From contig NC_087263.1 of assembly GCF_037042905.1 (NCBI RefSeq), positions 15,750,001 through 15,790,492 on the forward strand: a stretch of 40,492 nucleotides of DNA, in the 5' to 3' direction. The position numbers and the translations under genes are program-made. Below the pieces are notes generated by a model. The model was not told the origin of the DNA. It ran no database searches and was given only the letters and a program-made list of their open reading frames with translations. The stretch comes from Lytechinus pictus. Taxonomy: Eukaryota. How positions within the stretch are numbered: position 1 is the first letter of the stretch; each line of letters opens with the position of its first letter. Shown here one piece after another: positions 1 through 11,560 of the stretch.

Positions 1-2
1 CT

Positions 3-265
3 TTCCATGGTTCTGTGAACAGAAGCTCACGATGCAACCAAGATCCATCTAAAGTTCCTACGCTACTGCACTCCATGTTAATGGTATCCGAGACATTATC
101 AAGATAGAAATCATCGGATATGTCCATGGTTAAGTGAACAGAAGGGGACGATGCCAACCGGACTCATTTAAAGTCTCAGCACTACCGCAAGGACGGTGGT
201 TCCACGGCATTATTGCGACAGAATATCGTCGGATCTCTGTCCACTGCTCAGCGGTGACAGAACGC
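3..265. repeat. Degenerate ~117-119 bp tandem repeat (about 2.2 copies) in a relatively GC-rich stretch
   Basis: CCATGGTT.(.)GTGAACAGAAG...ACGATGC at 5 and 124; CATTAT...AGAA..ATC.TCGGAT..TGTCCA at about 94 and 208; third partial copy at 241. Confidence 0.6.
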
Positions 266-1212
266 AAGGTGGCAAAGCAGCCCAGACCTAGAGTGAAGGG
301 GTCCGAGATCATCATTGCGAGAGAGCGAGTGGGCCTGTTAATCGATTCAGTTCGCGAATCCCTGTCAGGAAATGCCCGTGCTATTTGGTAAAAGTCCAAA
401 CAATACCACCCACGGCTCGGAAAGTTAAGAAAGAACTTTATTTCGATAATGTGATAAATGTGTTTTACTTAAAGTTGATCTGCATTCACTGAAGGTGGGC
501 GAATATCCATGGGGTTTGGCGATAAAGGAATAGTGCACCAATTCGACAAACGTTTAATGTTTATACCCGTAATTGCAATTTGGACCTTTACAAAAAATAA
601 GTGAATGCGTTATAAGTTTGGAGTAGACCGAAAAACCCTTACTTTATTTTATATAATGTGTTATTAATTAAGAATTATCGTTAGTTATGTATCAGTGCAT
701 TTACTTCTTTTCTTTGTTCATTGTTTTGTATGTAAGTATGTAAATCTATATTCTCTTCAGGTATTAAGAACAATTCTTATATTTTCATCAAATTTGTTAT
801 TTTGCTTAACAAGAAACATCCAAGGTGCTTAAGGAGGCGTGGCCCTGTTATCGTAGCAATTACTTGTGTCTCATTTGAATATTTTGCTGATTTACCCCTC
901 CTTGCATTGATAATCCGGTGTCTAATTGTCTGTTGTTTATTGGTTACAATTTTCGTTGTGAATTATAATGTGCGCCAATGTGTGGGTTTAGTGACTAATA
1001 ATTGACTTGTGCCACAAATGCAGTTTTCATATTGTATAATATCAGATCGTTCATAATTATCAAAGGTCAGTTTAACCATGGAGCTATAGCTCTATGGTTT
1101 AACAATATTTAAGTGATGTTATACGATTGTGTCTTACGTGATTTGACTTAGGTACTTGTGGTATTAGAGGATGACGAGCTTTTGCCATAATTACGCTACA
1201 AAATGGGATTTT

Positions 1213-1660
1213 AAATCGGTACTCCGGGCTGAAAACTATGATTTGAACAGGTTAAACAAAATCGGACAAACAAAACACTGAAAATGTCATCAAAATCCCA
1301 CAAGGACTAACAAAGTTATGACATTTTTAATTTGGCCTTATTACAATGAAACAGTTTTTGTTGCCTGTCTCCATGAAACATGCATTGCTGCAACCTATTC
1401 AACTTTTTTACAGGGGAGACACAATACACACATGTATGAAAATATGAAACCATTATGATTTCATGTAATAACATGAGAAAGATTGAAAGTGGGGACATAT
1501 ATGACGGCATGCATATATAACTGTTCTTCAAAATATTGCCAAACTTTAAAGTTGATACCTTCGTCATTGATTATCAGAATTTTTTTTTTTAATCTTAGCG
1601 GTTTTCTTTGTTAATTCTTGTTCGATTTATTGATTTATTATTTCGACCCAAAGTGCCCTG
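1213..1660. mobile_element. Degenerate MITE related to the 21315 and 6304 family (Kolobok-like)
   Basis: Starts GGTACTCCGGGCTGAAAA as at 21320; carries the shared ACTGAAAAT.TCATCAAAAT...AAAGTTATGACATTTT motif; right end eroded. Confidence 0.6.
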
Positions 1661-1741
1661 TGGATCGAGGACCTCCGACTTGCTCTCTATATTCGTAAGA
1701 GGGCGACATTCATGAAATAGGCATTGAAAATAACATTATAG

Positions 1742-1812
1742 CAGGAGTGCTTGTAAGCAAGCAACCAGAGGACGGAAGGCTTAAGATTCTCTCCGAGGGA
1801 CCTGGTGAAGAG
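1742..1812 (-). mobile_element. Fragment of a dispersed repeat, probably SINE body
   Basis: AGAGGACGGAAGGCTTAAGATTCTCTCCGAGGGACCTGGT closely matches 26112-26152 (AGAGGACCGGAGGCTTAACATCCTCTCTGAGGGACCTGGT); SINE identity and strand from recall of echinoderm repeats. Confidence 0.55.
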
Positions 1813-1959
1813 TACTAATTATAATTTCGAAGCCACCTCTACAGATTGGCCTATCATGCCTATTATCTGCGAGGAAATATGTACACTTTCAATATTTATC
1901 ATGATAGGGCATACCTTGCAACTTTTATTTATAGTAACGGTCTGATCGACCACCAAATA

Positions 1960-2410
1960 TTGATTGATTGTTGAATTTATTTTTTCTTCATTTCAAACAA
2001 ATTGACAAAGTAAGTAGGAACAAAACACAATATGAATAACAGAAATGAAAAAAAGTGAATTCACTGGAAAGCTTCGCTTGTTTATGTGAGTCCCCTGAAA
2101 TAAATAACTGATTAAAATTTATCAAATACAAATAGAAATTAACAATGTTCAATAGAATATTTGAAGACTACTAATGGGGTCAAGCTTCGTATGTTTATGC
2201 ACTATACAAAAATTAATACAATCAAGACAATATATTCATACCCAAATATTGTATGTAAGATAAATGTAATAAGACAAGAGAAAAAAACACAAAACCAAAC
2301 AAAGACAGTGTACCGAAGAGGTGCACTGTCTGTATGGACGTTCACAAATATTTTCTTTAATATTACAGTATGCCAAAGCTCGTTGCAAAACTATAATGCA
2401 AATGAAAATC
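1960..2410 (-). mobile_element. Probable 3' end remnant of a LINE (L2/Crack-like)
   Basis: Minus strand reads ...GGGGACTCACATAAACAAGCGAAGCTTTCCAG...AATAAATTCAACAATCAATCAA (hairpin-like 3'UTR, polyA signal, simple-repeat tail); weak LW-containing peptide upstream. Confidence 0.4.
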
Positions 2411-2716
2411 CAACATACACCTTCGACTGCAATATAGGCGTAAACTTGTGTACATGGAGGGGACAGAGTGCCCCCCCCCCACGCAGATTTTTTTCCCTTT
2501 TTTTATAAAGATTTTCAGAAAATATTTGCCCCTCCCAACCTGTTGTATAGGTAGGCTGCTGCTCTCATATTAATACATTTTGATTGTTGTTTCTTTTTAA
2601 ATTATTATTATTACCTTACTAAAATGTACATTCAAATTGTTTCAATACTTGATTTGTTTCAATATTTTCAGATATGTAAGCAAAGTGCTCGTGGTGAATA
2701 TGACTCTGGGCTAAGT

Positions 2717-2858
2717 GTGATGATGTTGATGCCGATATTGATGGTGACGACGATGATGATATTGATGATGACAATGGTGATGATTATGACGACGACGATG
2801 TTGCTGATGATGATAATGTAATGACACTAATACGATGAAGATTATGATAATGATAATA

Positions 2859-2886
<28 letters not shown>
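2717..2886. repeat. Imperfect (GAT)n microsatellite
   Basis: Directly visible GAT/GAC/AAT triplets. Confidence 0.95.
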
Positions 2887-2889
<3 letters not shown>

Positions 2890-3249
2890 TTAACATGTAT
2901 ATTTATATATAGGCCTACATTATATAAGACGGTTGTACAGTATAAAGCTTCTTTGCTTAAAAATTTTCGGTCCATCTACTAATGTGAAGCACATCTTTTT
3001 TTTTATGGGGGGGGGGGTCTTTTCTTTTTGTATTTACATTTAGTAATTTTTGCCTTCAAATTATTGTGATTATCATTAGGTATTTATATATTACGTAAGA
3101 TCTGTGAAAGATAATTTGTTAATACATTCTAATATTTTATGTCAATAATAAAATTAAAAGTAATAGATTTAATAATGTTACTATAACTAATTTGGTGTCC
3201 GGTCAATTTTGTCAACTTGTGTCACTTTCCAAACACCTGTCGAGTTCAA

Positions 3250-4028
3250 AGGGAATCCAACCTAAATAAAAAGTTGTTTTATAGCGGAATGAAAAGAATC
3301 AGACAAGTTATGTAGATGAAAGCTGGAACAATATGAGACAAACAGTAAGAAAGTTATGAATTTTAAAATGTCAAAATTAGGCACAATCCCCATTCAGACT
3401 TCAAGGCAAGGAATATTCTTCCATTTACTCCAATACATAAAATGGCTTTTAAAAAAAATCAAACGTTTTATTTCAAATTATATTTTTCTTTCATGAGGAA
3501 ATAAAACAGCACGTTATACACTCTAAATTCCAAGGATTTAAAAATAAATCCAGATCGGCTGCGAAAAGTGACCGGTCGAAATTCGAATTTATTTTAAATC
3601 TTGAGGATAAATTTTTCAGTCTCAAAAGATTTAATTTCAAATCGTTTTAGATTTATATTTAAATCAATAAGTTCTAAATCTAAATCTAATATTCGACTGG
3701 TCCATATTCACAGCCGATCTGGATTTGTTCTAACTCCTTGGAATTTAGAGTGTACTTTTTTTTATTACTGCTCCAGGGGGTAGGGTATATAAGAAGAAAA
3801 CCTCCAATACCTGATAATTAATGAAATAATGGCTTTTGGGGTAATTTGCCCCAGCCACTTGTCATAATTTACTTACCGAGTCGCCAATTTGAAATGTACG
3901 TTGTCTCTGGGATCTCAATTTTAAAATAGCCATAACTTTTTTTTTTGTCCGGATTCCTTAAAACTTCCACCATTCTGTTTTACTTCTTTTTTCCCGTCCC
4001 ACACATAATGACCAAGAATGAATTCCAC
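3250..4028. mobile_element. Degenerate Kolobok-like MITE hosting a nested MITE
   Basis: Left end AGGGAATCCAACC with AAGAAAGTTATGAATTTT at about 3347; inverted counterpart AAAATAGCCATAACTTT at about 3923; right end eroded. Confidence 0.55.
3519..3752. mobile_element. 234-bp MITE with TA target-site duplication
   Basis: Perfect 18-bp TIR CACTCTAAATTCCAAGGA / TCCTTGGAATTTAGAGTG, extending imperfectly to about 60 bp; TA at 3517-3518 and 3753-3754. Confidence 0.9.
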
Positions 4029-4039
4029 AGTATCACACT

Positions 4040-4200
4040 AGGTGGTTTCAGACCGCCTTGAAGTTCGTCAGTTCCAAGTATTCTCTGATCGGGAAATTTA
4101 CCCCGATCAGAAAATACCAGGTATTTTGGTAATGTGAAAGCAAACTAAGCGTAATTTCCCCGAAAGAAAATACCCGCTAAATAGTAGGTACTTGGCGAAA
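4040..4200 (+). mobile_element. Truncated copy (left 160 bp) of the PIF/Harbinger-like MITE at 12146-12623
   Basis: Near-identical to 12146-12306 (AGGTGGTTTCAGACCGCC...GTACTTGGCGAAA). Confidence 0.9.
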
Positions 4201-4250
4201 GGTGTTCTTAGTGGATCGAATAAAAATGTGATTCAAAATGTTACTTTCTA

Positions 4251-4846
4251 ATGGTCAAGTCCACCCCAGAAAATGGAGGGGAAAAAATCCAACAAGCACA
4301 ACGCTGAAAATTTCATCCAAATCGAATGTAAAATAAGAAAGTTATGACATTTTAAAATTTCGCCTTTATTGTTCACAAAGCAGTTATTTGCACAACTTAG
4401 TGATATTGAAATGAGAGAGTCGATGACGTCCCTCACTCACTATTTTTTTTATTGTTTGAATTATACAATAATTCAATTTTTACAGGATTGGCAATTTTGA
4501 CCAACTTGACTGAACCATAAAATGTTAAAACATTGGTGATTCCACATGTTCAGGGAGAAATCAAACTTTTTTTTCACATGACAATGAAGCGAAAATTAAA
4601 ATATTTCATATTTCCCCTAATGAAAAAAAACTAAAGAAATAGTGAGTGGATGATGCCATCAGTTGCCTTATTTGCATACCGAATAGGACGTACATATAAA
4701 ATTACTGTTTTGTAAAATCAAGCGAAACTTTGAAATGTCATAATTCTCTTATTTTACAACCGATTTTGATGAAATTTTCAGTGTTATGCTTGTTGGATTT
4801 TTCTCATTTTATTCAAGTCAACTTTATATTGGGGTGGACTTGTCCT
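4251..4846. mobile_element. Long-TIR MITE family A (Kolobok-like), copy 1
   Basis: Ends GGTCAAGTCCACCCC / GGGGTGGACTTGTCCT; about 200-bp imperfect TIRs; colinear with 24754-25356. Confidence 0.9.
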
Positions 4847-5100
4847 TTGAAATGCTCACAATGTGAAGGTGACTCCAGACTGTCTCCATAATGATCAGAA
4901 CATTAATTTGAAAAAGACTATAGATGGCGCTAGACTACATACATGGCATAATGTCGCTCAGAGAGTTTGGCTCATTGTCACTTGTTTTTCCAATGATAAA
5001 AAAAAGAATAATCACTCTCACTGAGAACCCCAAAAGATAATTTTAACCCCATTTTAACCCCATTTATATTTTTATGAACTATGTTTAGGCAACATAACGT

Positions 5101-5582
5101 ATATCATCATCATTATCATCATCATCATCATTATCTTCATTATCATCGTCGTCGTCATCATATCACCATCACCTTCGTCATCATCATGATCATAATAATC
5201 ATCATAATCATCATCTTTATCACCATCATCCTCATCATCATCTTTATCATCATCATCATCATCATTATCATCATCGTCGTGGTCGTCGTCATCATATCAC
5301 CATCACCTTCGTCATCATCATGATCATAATCATCATGATCATAATAATCATCATAATCATCATCATCTTTATCACCATCATCCTCATCATCATCTTTATC
5401 ATCATCATCATCATCATTATCATCATCGTCGTGGTCGTCATCATCATATCACCATCACCTTCGTCATCATCATGATCATAATGATCATGATCATCATCAT
5501 CATCATCATCTTCATCATCACCAGCATGATTGTCATGATTGTCGCTATCATCACCATCATTATCGTCGTCGTCGTTGTCATC
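5101..5582. repeat. (ATC)n microsatellite with higher-order ~135-150 bp duplications
   Basis: CATATCACCATCACCTTCGTCATCATCATGATC recurs at about 5159, 5293 and 5444. Confidence 0.95.
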
Positions 5583-6033
5583 TCACCTCCCTCTTACCCT
5601 AACTCTCTCTCTCTCTCTCTCTATCACTATTTTCTTCCCTCACCCCTTCTTAATACGCCCTTCTCTTACGCCCTCTCTGAGCAGTCTGCCCCCCTCTCAA
5701 TTTCTCTCTGCTCAAGACTTGACGTCAATCCAAGTGGGTCGCGATGTATCATCAACATTACCTAATGAACACCTTGGCTAATAAAAAGTACAATGAGTCA
5801 ATCTCATAAGAGTTAATAGAGTAAATCAAAATGAGTTAATTAGTTAGATTAAAAGGGGGATTTCCTGTCCTATGTCTGCCTAATTTCATTTTAACGATGT
5901 GTAGGCCTACAATTATATACAACATGTTCACTATGTAATTATTCATTGATTACGATATGTAGAAGCACCAGTGAACCACAGAGAGTGCACAATTATGATC
6001 CGAATGAGTTTATGAATATTTATTTTTCTAAAT

Positions 6034-6270
6034 TAATAATAATAATAATGGTGATGATGATAATGCTGATAATGATAATTAATGATGATGATGATGATGA
6101 TAAAAATACGGATGATGAAAATAATAATAATGATAATAATAATGATAGTAATGATAATAATGATAATAATAATGATGGTGATAATAATAATGATAATAAA
6201 TAACTAAAATGATAAATAAATAAATAAAAACAGATATATAAATATATGAATAAATAAATAAATAAATGAA
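6034..6270. repeat. (AAT/GAT)n and (AAAT)n microsatellite, probably an expanded SINE tail
   Basis: Direct observation; abuts the SINE 3' end motif TTTATAGCGCAT at about 6277. Confidence 0.9.
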
Positions 6271-6853
6271 ATTCTGTTTATAGCGCATATGACATATTAT
6301 TGTAAGGGGTACTCCATGCAGGCTGAAAATAAGATGATTTGAACAGATAAAGTAACAGACGAACAAATCAACATCAAACAAGGAATTACAAAGTTATGGT
6401 ATTTTTAGTTTTTAGTTTTGCATTAATTCAGCAAAACAGCTATGCATGTAATTCATGAATATGCAATGAGCAAGCTGACAACTTTGAAATTAATTTTGGT
6501 ATCGGGTTCTGATCAACTTTTCAGCCTTCTGCTCAGTGACTTTTACTCTATTTATTTAGATATAGATCAACCCGGAGTACCCCCTTCGACGCCTCTTTTC
6601 GCTTCCAAATGGCTTCTAGATAATCATTCCCTAGGCTTAGGCCGGGCAAGCCTTTTTTTAAGCGCACAACCATTCCAAGGAATTGATTTGTACCGGGTAC
6701 CTTAATTTTTACCTCACCTGGGTAGAGTGCACAACAATGTGGATCAATATCTTGCTGAAGGAAAAGAAAACCTATATAAGCCATCGATGGGATTCGACTC
6801 CATGACCCTCTGTTTCAAAGTCCGGAGACTGACCCACTGGGGCACAACGCCCC
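6270..6853 (-). mobile_element. tRNA-derived SINE, interrupted by the MITE at 6304-6586
   Basis: Minus strand begins GGGGCGTTGTGCCCCAGTGG (A box, 6834-6844) ...GAGTCGAATCC (B-box variant, 6790-6800), then body ...TGTGCACTCTACCCAGGTGAGGTAAA; tail GCGCTATAAA + (TTTA)n; homologous to 36300-36450. Confidence 0.85.
6304..6586. mobile_element. Short Kolobok-like MITE inserted in a SINE
   Basis: TIR AAGGGGTACTCC / GGAGTACCCCCTT; internal similarity to 21315-21480. Confidence 0.8.
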
Positions 6854-7134
6854 ACTAAATGAAGCCCTCGGAAATCAAGGAATACTCTAATTAGCCTCCT
6901 TCAATACGACGGAGAGCAGGCTCGTGGGGGGGGGGGGGGGGAGGGCGGGCGTTGTTGATTTTTGCAGGGGAAAAGTTAACATGAAGAAAGTGGGGTTGAT
7001 TTTTTTTCTTCTCCTTTTGTGTCTGCGGCTGTGCGATCTACTGTCGTAGAGGGGTGTACATCTATTCGAACACACAATCATGATTGAATGCTAATTGGAT
7101 TTTTGCATTGTGACGCACAACGCCTTCAAAAACA

Positions 7135-7450
7135 TAGCAAATGTATTGTCATATACACTTCGTGACCAAAAAGCAGTCAAGAAAGTTTGTCGAATATTGG
7201 CGAATCAAAACAGCATTTTCGTCCTGGACTCTGGACAAACGACGTGTTTGCAATCTTTCGCCAGCTCCGAATCTTAGGACGGAGACTGCTCCAGTTCACC
7301 ATTTTTCGACAAAGACCTCCCAGTTGTTCATTGTCATTTGAGTTGCATTTGCAATATACTAGTACTGTGTTCTCGAAATCGTTCTGCTTTGTCGTGCAAA
7401 ACTCCCTGATAATACCTCCTTACCACTGTCCTGCGATCCTTTACGAAAGC
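7135..7450. mobile_element. Unclassified dispersed repeat with a second copy at 16543-16710
   Basis: TTTTCGACAAAGACCTC.CAG.T.TTC.TTGTCATTTG and ACTGTGTTCT shared between the two loci. Confidence 0.75.
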
Positions 7451-7477
7451 CACGATTGGCCTTTCGTAACTCATCGC

Positions 7478-7985
7478 GACAAGTCCACCTCAACAGAAAG
7501 TTGATTTGAATAAAAAGAGAAAAATCTGACAAGCATAACACTGAAAATTTAATAAAAATCGGATGTGAAATAAGAAAGTTGTGACCTTTTAAAATTTCGC
7601 TTAACTTCACAAAATAGTTTTATGCACATCCTGGTCGGTATGCAAATGAGGAGACTGATGACGTCATCCACTCACTATTTCTTTTGTATTTTATTATATG
7701 AAATATAGTAAAGTTGGTCCTTATTGTCAAATCTATAAAGAAATGAAATATTGTATAATTCCAACAATAAAAAAACAAAAGAAATAGTGAGGGAGGGACA
7801 TCATCGAATGTCTTATTTGTATGTCACTGAGTTGCGCATGTCACTGTATTGTGAAAAATAAGCCAAACTTTAAAATGTCATAACTTTCTTATTTTACATG
7901 ATCCGATTTTGATGAAATTTTCAGTGTTACACTAGTTTGATTTTTCTCTATTTATTCAAATCAACATTTTTTCCGGGATGGACTT
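7478..7985. mobile_element. Long-TIR MITE family A, copy 2 (internal deletion, clipped ends)
   Basis: GACAAGTCCACC start, colinear with 33260-33848. Confidence 0.9.
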
Positions 7986-9844
7986 TTTCTACGATGAATA
8001 CGATTGCCACGACTGATATGATATGATCTGATACGATCTGATAAGATCACTACGATTACTCCACGATTAAGTACGCCGTTTGAATCGTGGCGCAAATCTT
8101 CACAGTGATGGGGACTAGGTATTGGCTGCATGCACGTAGTCTGCAGGCACAGACCCCACGCAAAGACTAGCCCATACAAAACTTGCTGTTTCAGTACACA
8201 AGGCATGAGTAGGCTGCAATTCAGACCCTTTACTCAAGTGAAGGGTTTGCACAGCAGACTAGCATGCACGCGTCTCTATCCATTACTAACGTAGTAATTG
8301 GATAGTTGATTACCCTAATGAAATTTACTGTAAGTGTAATAATGAATAATTCAGGAGACCTCTTGTGATGAAAAATTGGTATAGCCGTTTCAAGGTCGGT
8401 TTTAAAAAAGAAGATGAATTTACTGGAATCGCGCTATATAGCCTATTGACAAACTTTGCGATTAAAGTCGGCTATACCAGTGCATTTCATTTCGTTTGAT
8501 TTTTATTTTAAGGTTTTATTTTCTTTCAGGCCCTCTTAGATATATATCGTCATTATTTTCGTGGTTCATCTTTTTGGATATTGTTATGCCCACCTCACAG
8601 AATCATAGTACGAAAAACTTGAAGTTTTTATCGAAATATAACCCCCCCCCCCCAAAAAAAAAAAAAAAAAAAAAAATTGGGCCAAATCATGTATTATTTG
8701 GACTTAAACAACTTTGCGGACCCCTACAAACACCCAATTCCATAATAATGTTTTTAATCTCTTGCACAGAAAAATATAGTTGCCTTACCGCAGGGGCGGA
8801 TCCTGAATTTACTGCGGGTACTTTAAAAATGACAAGGGGGAGGGGGGGGGGGGAGTCCTCAAAAGAAGGAGGCACCTGCCCCTTTGCACCCCAATATCAT
8901 AGCCGGAATAAGACCAGTATAAAGTCGCTATAGTTTTTTTTCCACGCCGGAAACTAAACAAGCCTTGAGGAAACGAGGGTAAAAAAAACTGTTACCCCTC
9001 TAGCAAAACACTAAAACACTTAGGCCTACTCTGGTCTAAGGAAGGGAGACTGACTCTTTCCCGATACTACTAGATATGGTCTACTGTTCCACCGTGTTAT
9101 CGGAAGTTAAGAAGAGGAGGAGGAGGAGGGGGGGGGGGGTGGTCAGGGAAAAAATTCGATGCAACATCATATAGACATAGGACAGGTCTATAGACCTAAA
9201 AACAAATCACCGAGTATAACAAGGTAGCCTAGATAATATCAGAACGAAATGGTCAATAAAAAACGAAACAATCCAAATACAAAATAAACGCATGGAAGGG
9301 GGGGGGGGGGGGGGTTATGGGAGTCCAAGTAGAGTGGATGTGTGCAGAGTGCCCAACAGAAGGGTGGAAATATAAAATAATGGAGCGAAAAGCAAAACAA
9401 CCCCAGACCCCCCCAAAAAAAAAAAAAAAAAAAAAAAAAGAGAGCAAAAACAAACCAGAACAAAAAGACCCTGGGTCGAGTGAGAGATGGAGCATACGAT
9501 GAGCAAGAAGTTCATCAAGGAGATGATTTCTTTTTTTCGTTTTTTAATAACTTGCCTCTGGAGATTTAAGTCCGGTAGAAAGTAAAGGCATGACGGGGGG
9601 GGGGGGTAGGCTTACTGGAGCTTTGCCTCCCGCCAACAACTTGGCTCCCGAACTTTCCCACAAAATATATGGAAACGGGGAAACGAGTCAATCAAAACTT
9701 CGATATTTTGTTTGTAAACATGTTTCGCACAATGGGAATCCATAGCAAAATAATCCCACCTGAAAAAAGTGAAAACGAAACCTAAAGTGTGTAAAGCTTT
9801 GGGATTAGGACCAAATCTTTTGAGGTTGTCCAGTGGAGTCACTC

Positions 9845-10340
9845 TCCAAAGCCTGCGCGAAATTGGCGACGGGCAACGCAGCGAGCTAGCTCTACAATGT
9901 TGTAATGATGCGATTTATCAATATTGGTGATATAAGCGCGCTCCGCTGGATCAGGAATCTTGCTCTTCATTCGTTTGGACTCGACTCTGCATTGCTCCGG
10001 TATCCACCTTTCTCATTTCGAAGTGACTTTTCGGGATTAGCGGATTGTCTTTTGGACACCTTGAGCTAGTTTGAAGATTCGAGATTCGTTTCAGCTTTTC
10101 TTGATGCTTCTACCTGGCTCCAGTTTCCGACTTTTCTTGAAAAAAACCCAACTCAACTCTTCTGACTCTGAACGTCGTTGAGCTTTTGGTAAGTTGGAGA
10201 AAGTTTTTATCATGCGATCGCGAGGCCTCGCTTGCGAGCTAGCGCTCCGTTATCTCGTGGGCGTTTCGAGAGGAGCTACCGCTTGTTGGTGGACAAAAAA
10301 CACGGCCGCAGAAAGCCATGTTTTGGGCGACAGGTGTGTG
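9845..10340 (+). promoter_or_regulatory. CpG-rich promoter region of a + strand gene
   Basis: High CpG density in unique sequence; TATA-like GATATAAG at about 9929-9936; GCGAGCTAGC at 9881 and 10234; CpG depletion begins downstream. Confidence 0.65.
9955..10188 (+). other. Putative non-coding first exon (5'UTR); start approximate
   Basis: Pyrimidine-rich UTR-like sequence ending at a consensus donor TTG|GTAAGT (10189-10194) inside the CpG-rich block. Confidence 0.55.
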
Positions 10341-10877
10341 AAGGAATTGAGTGATTTGAAGTGACATTTGCTGAATGACCTACTCAAATTTTCATGTGTT
10401 GATGACATGTGTTATTGGCTTTATTTACGAGAAGCAGTGAGTGAGAGGGGCTTTTGATGGGGAAATCAAAGCTATAAATTCATAAATGGACTTGAAAATA
10501 TTAAGCCAGGAAAATTTGATGTGCAATGTGAATGATTGGAGAATAGCGGTGGATCCATGGAGTTGGCAGAGCCAAGATGACTCCAAGTACATGATAATGA
10601 TTTATTACATTACATTTTAGTTGTAATATATACATTGTACAAACTATCCTATATCCACTCCAGCAACTTTTCCAGATGAATGCAATGGTTGCATGCCTTA
10701 TCTGCATCGACGTTGCTATGTTGGGCAAACAAGACAAGCTTTTGGTTTTCAACCTCAACCCATATGTCAATCCTAAACATAATAACAATACAGAAATAGG
10801 AGTGAGTAATACGACTACAAATTGAGAACATGGTTCCAGGTTTGAGAGTACACTTTAGAGTAGGCCTATACTATAGC

Positions 10878-11560
10878 TAGGGTGTCTGAAGCCACACTGA
10901 AAAGTGTCAGCATAAAACAGGCTAATTTAGGGGGAAATATGGCACATTTTTTCGGGGAAGTTCAGGCTACTAGAAAAATGTGATCTGAATTGATTATTAA
11001 CTTGTGTTTGGCATGTATGGAAAGAGAAAATTCAGGGGCTTCTTTTGACAGTAAGGACAAGTTTATATGATCATTTTAAATAAGGATTTAGAGATAAATT
11101 GCAAACCCTTAATTTTGTGTGTGTTGAAATTGCCATTTCTCCATGCGTTTTCTATGGGAAAATAAAATTTCTGTTTTGCACAATTTTTTTCACTTTGTCG
11201 CAATTTTTCATTGTGATCTGGTTTCCAAATCTTTATAAAAATCATACCATCAGATAGAGCATGAAAAATCCTATTGGACTCTTTATGGACAAGTTTTTGG
11301 CATTAATAATAAATTTATAACAGCTCTCGGAAGCTAAAAATGTGGATTTGTGTGTGTCCATTTCTTAACTACACAGTCTATGGCAGAGAAATGCTGAAAA
11401 TTTACCTAATTTCATTCTTCTTTTTGGCAGCCAATAATTTGATTTTTTTTCAAAAATGTTACATTTCTGTCAGTCTGAAGGTAATTTCTCTTCAAATTCA
11501 CAAAGAAAATGTGATATTTTCTTGAAATAAGAAAAATAATTTTTTTCTCCAGACACCCTA
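10878..11560. mobile_element. 683-bp non-autonomous DNA transposon with hAT-like termini and a 7-bp TSD
   Basis: TIR TAGGGTGTCTG / CAGACACCCTA; flanking direct repeat CTATAGC at 10871-10877 and 11561-11567. Confidence 0.85.

Noticed and set aside
2624..6381. Poly-His, poly-Ile, poly-Met and poly-Asn/Asp ORFs
   Set aside because: Translations of ATC/GAT/AAT microsatellites
6780..6853. tRNA gene
   Set aside because: The A and B boxes are followed by SINE body and tail, the B box is mutated, and a second degenerate copy exists at 36300
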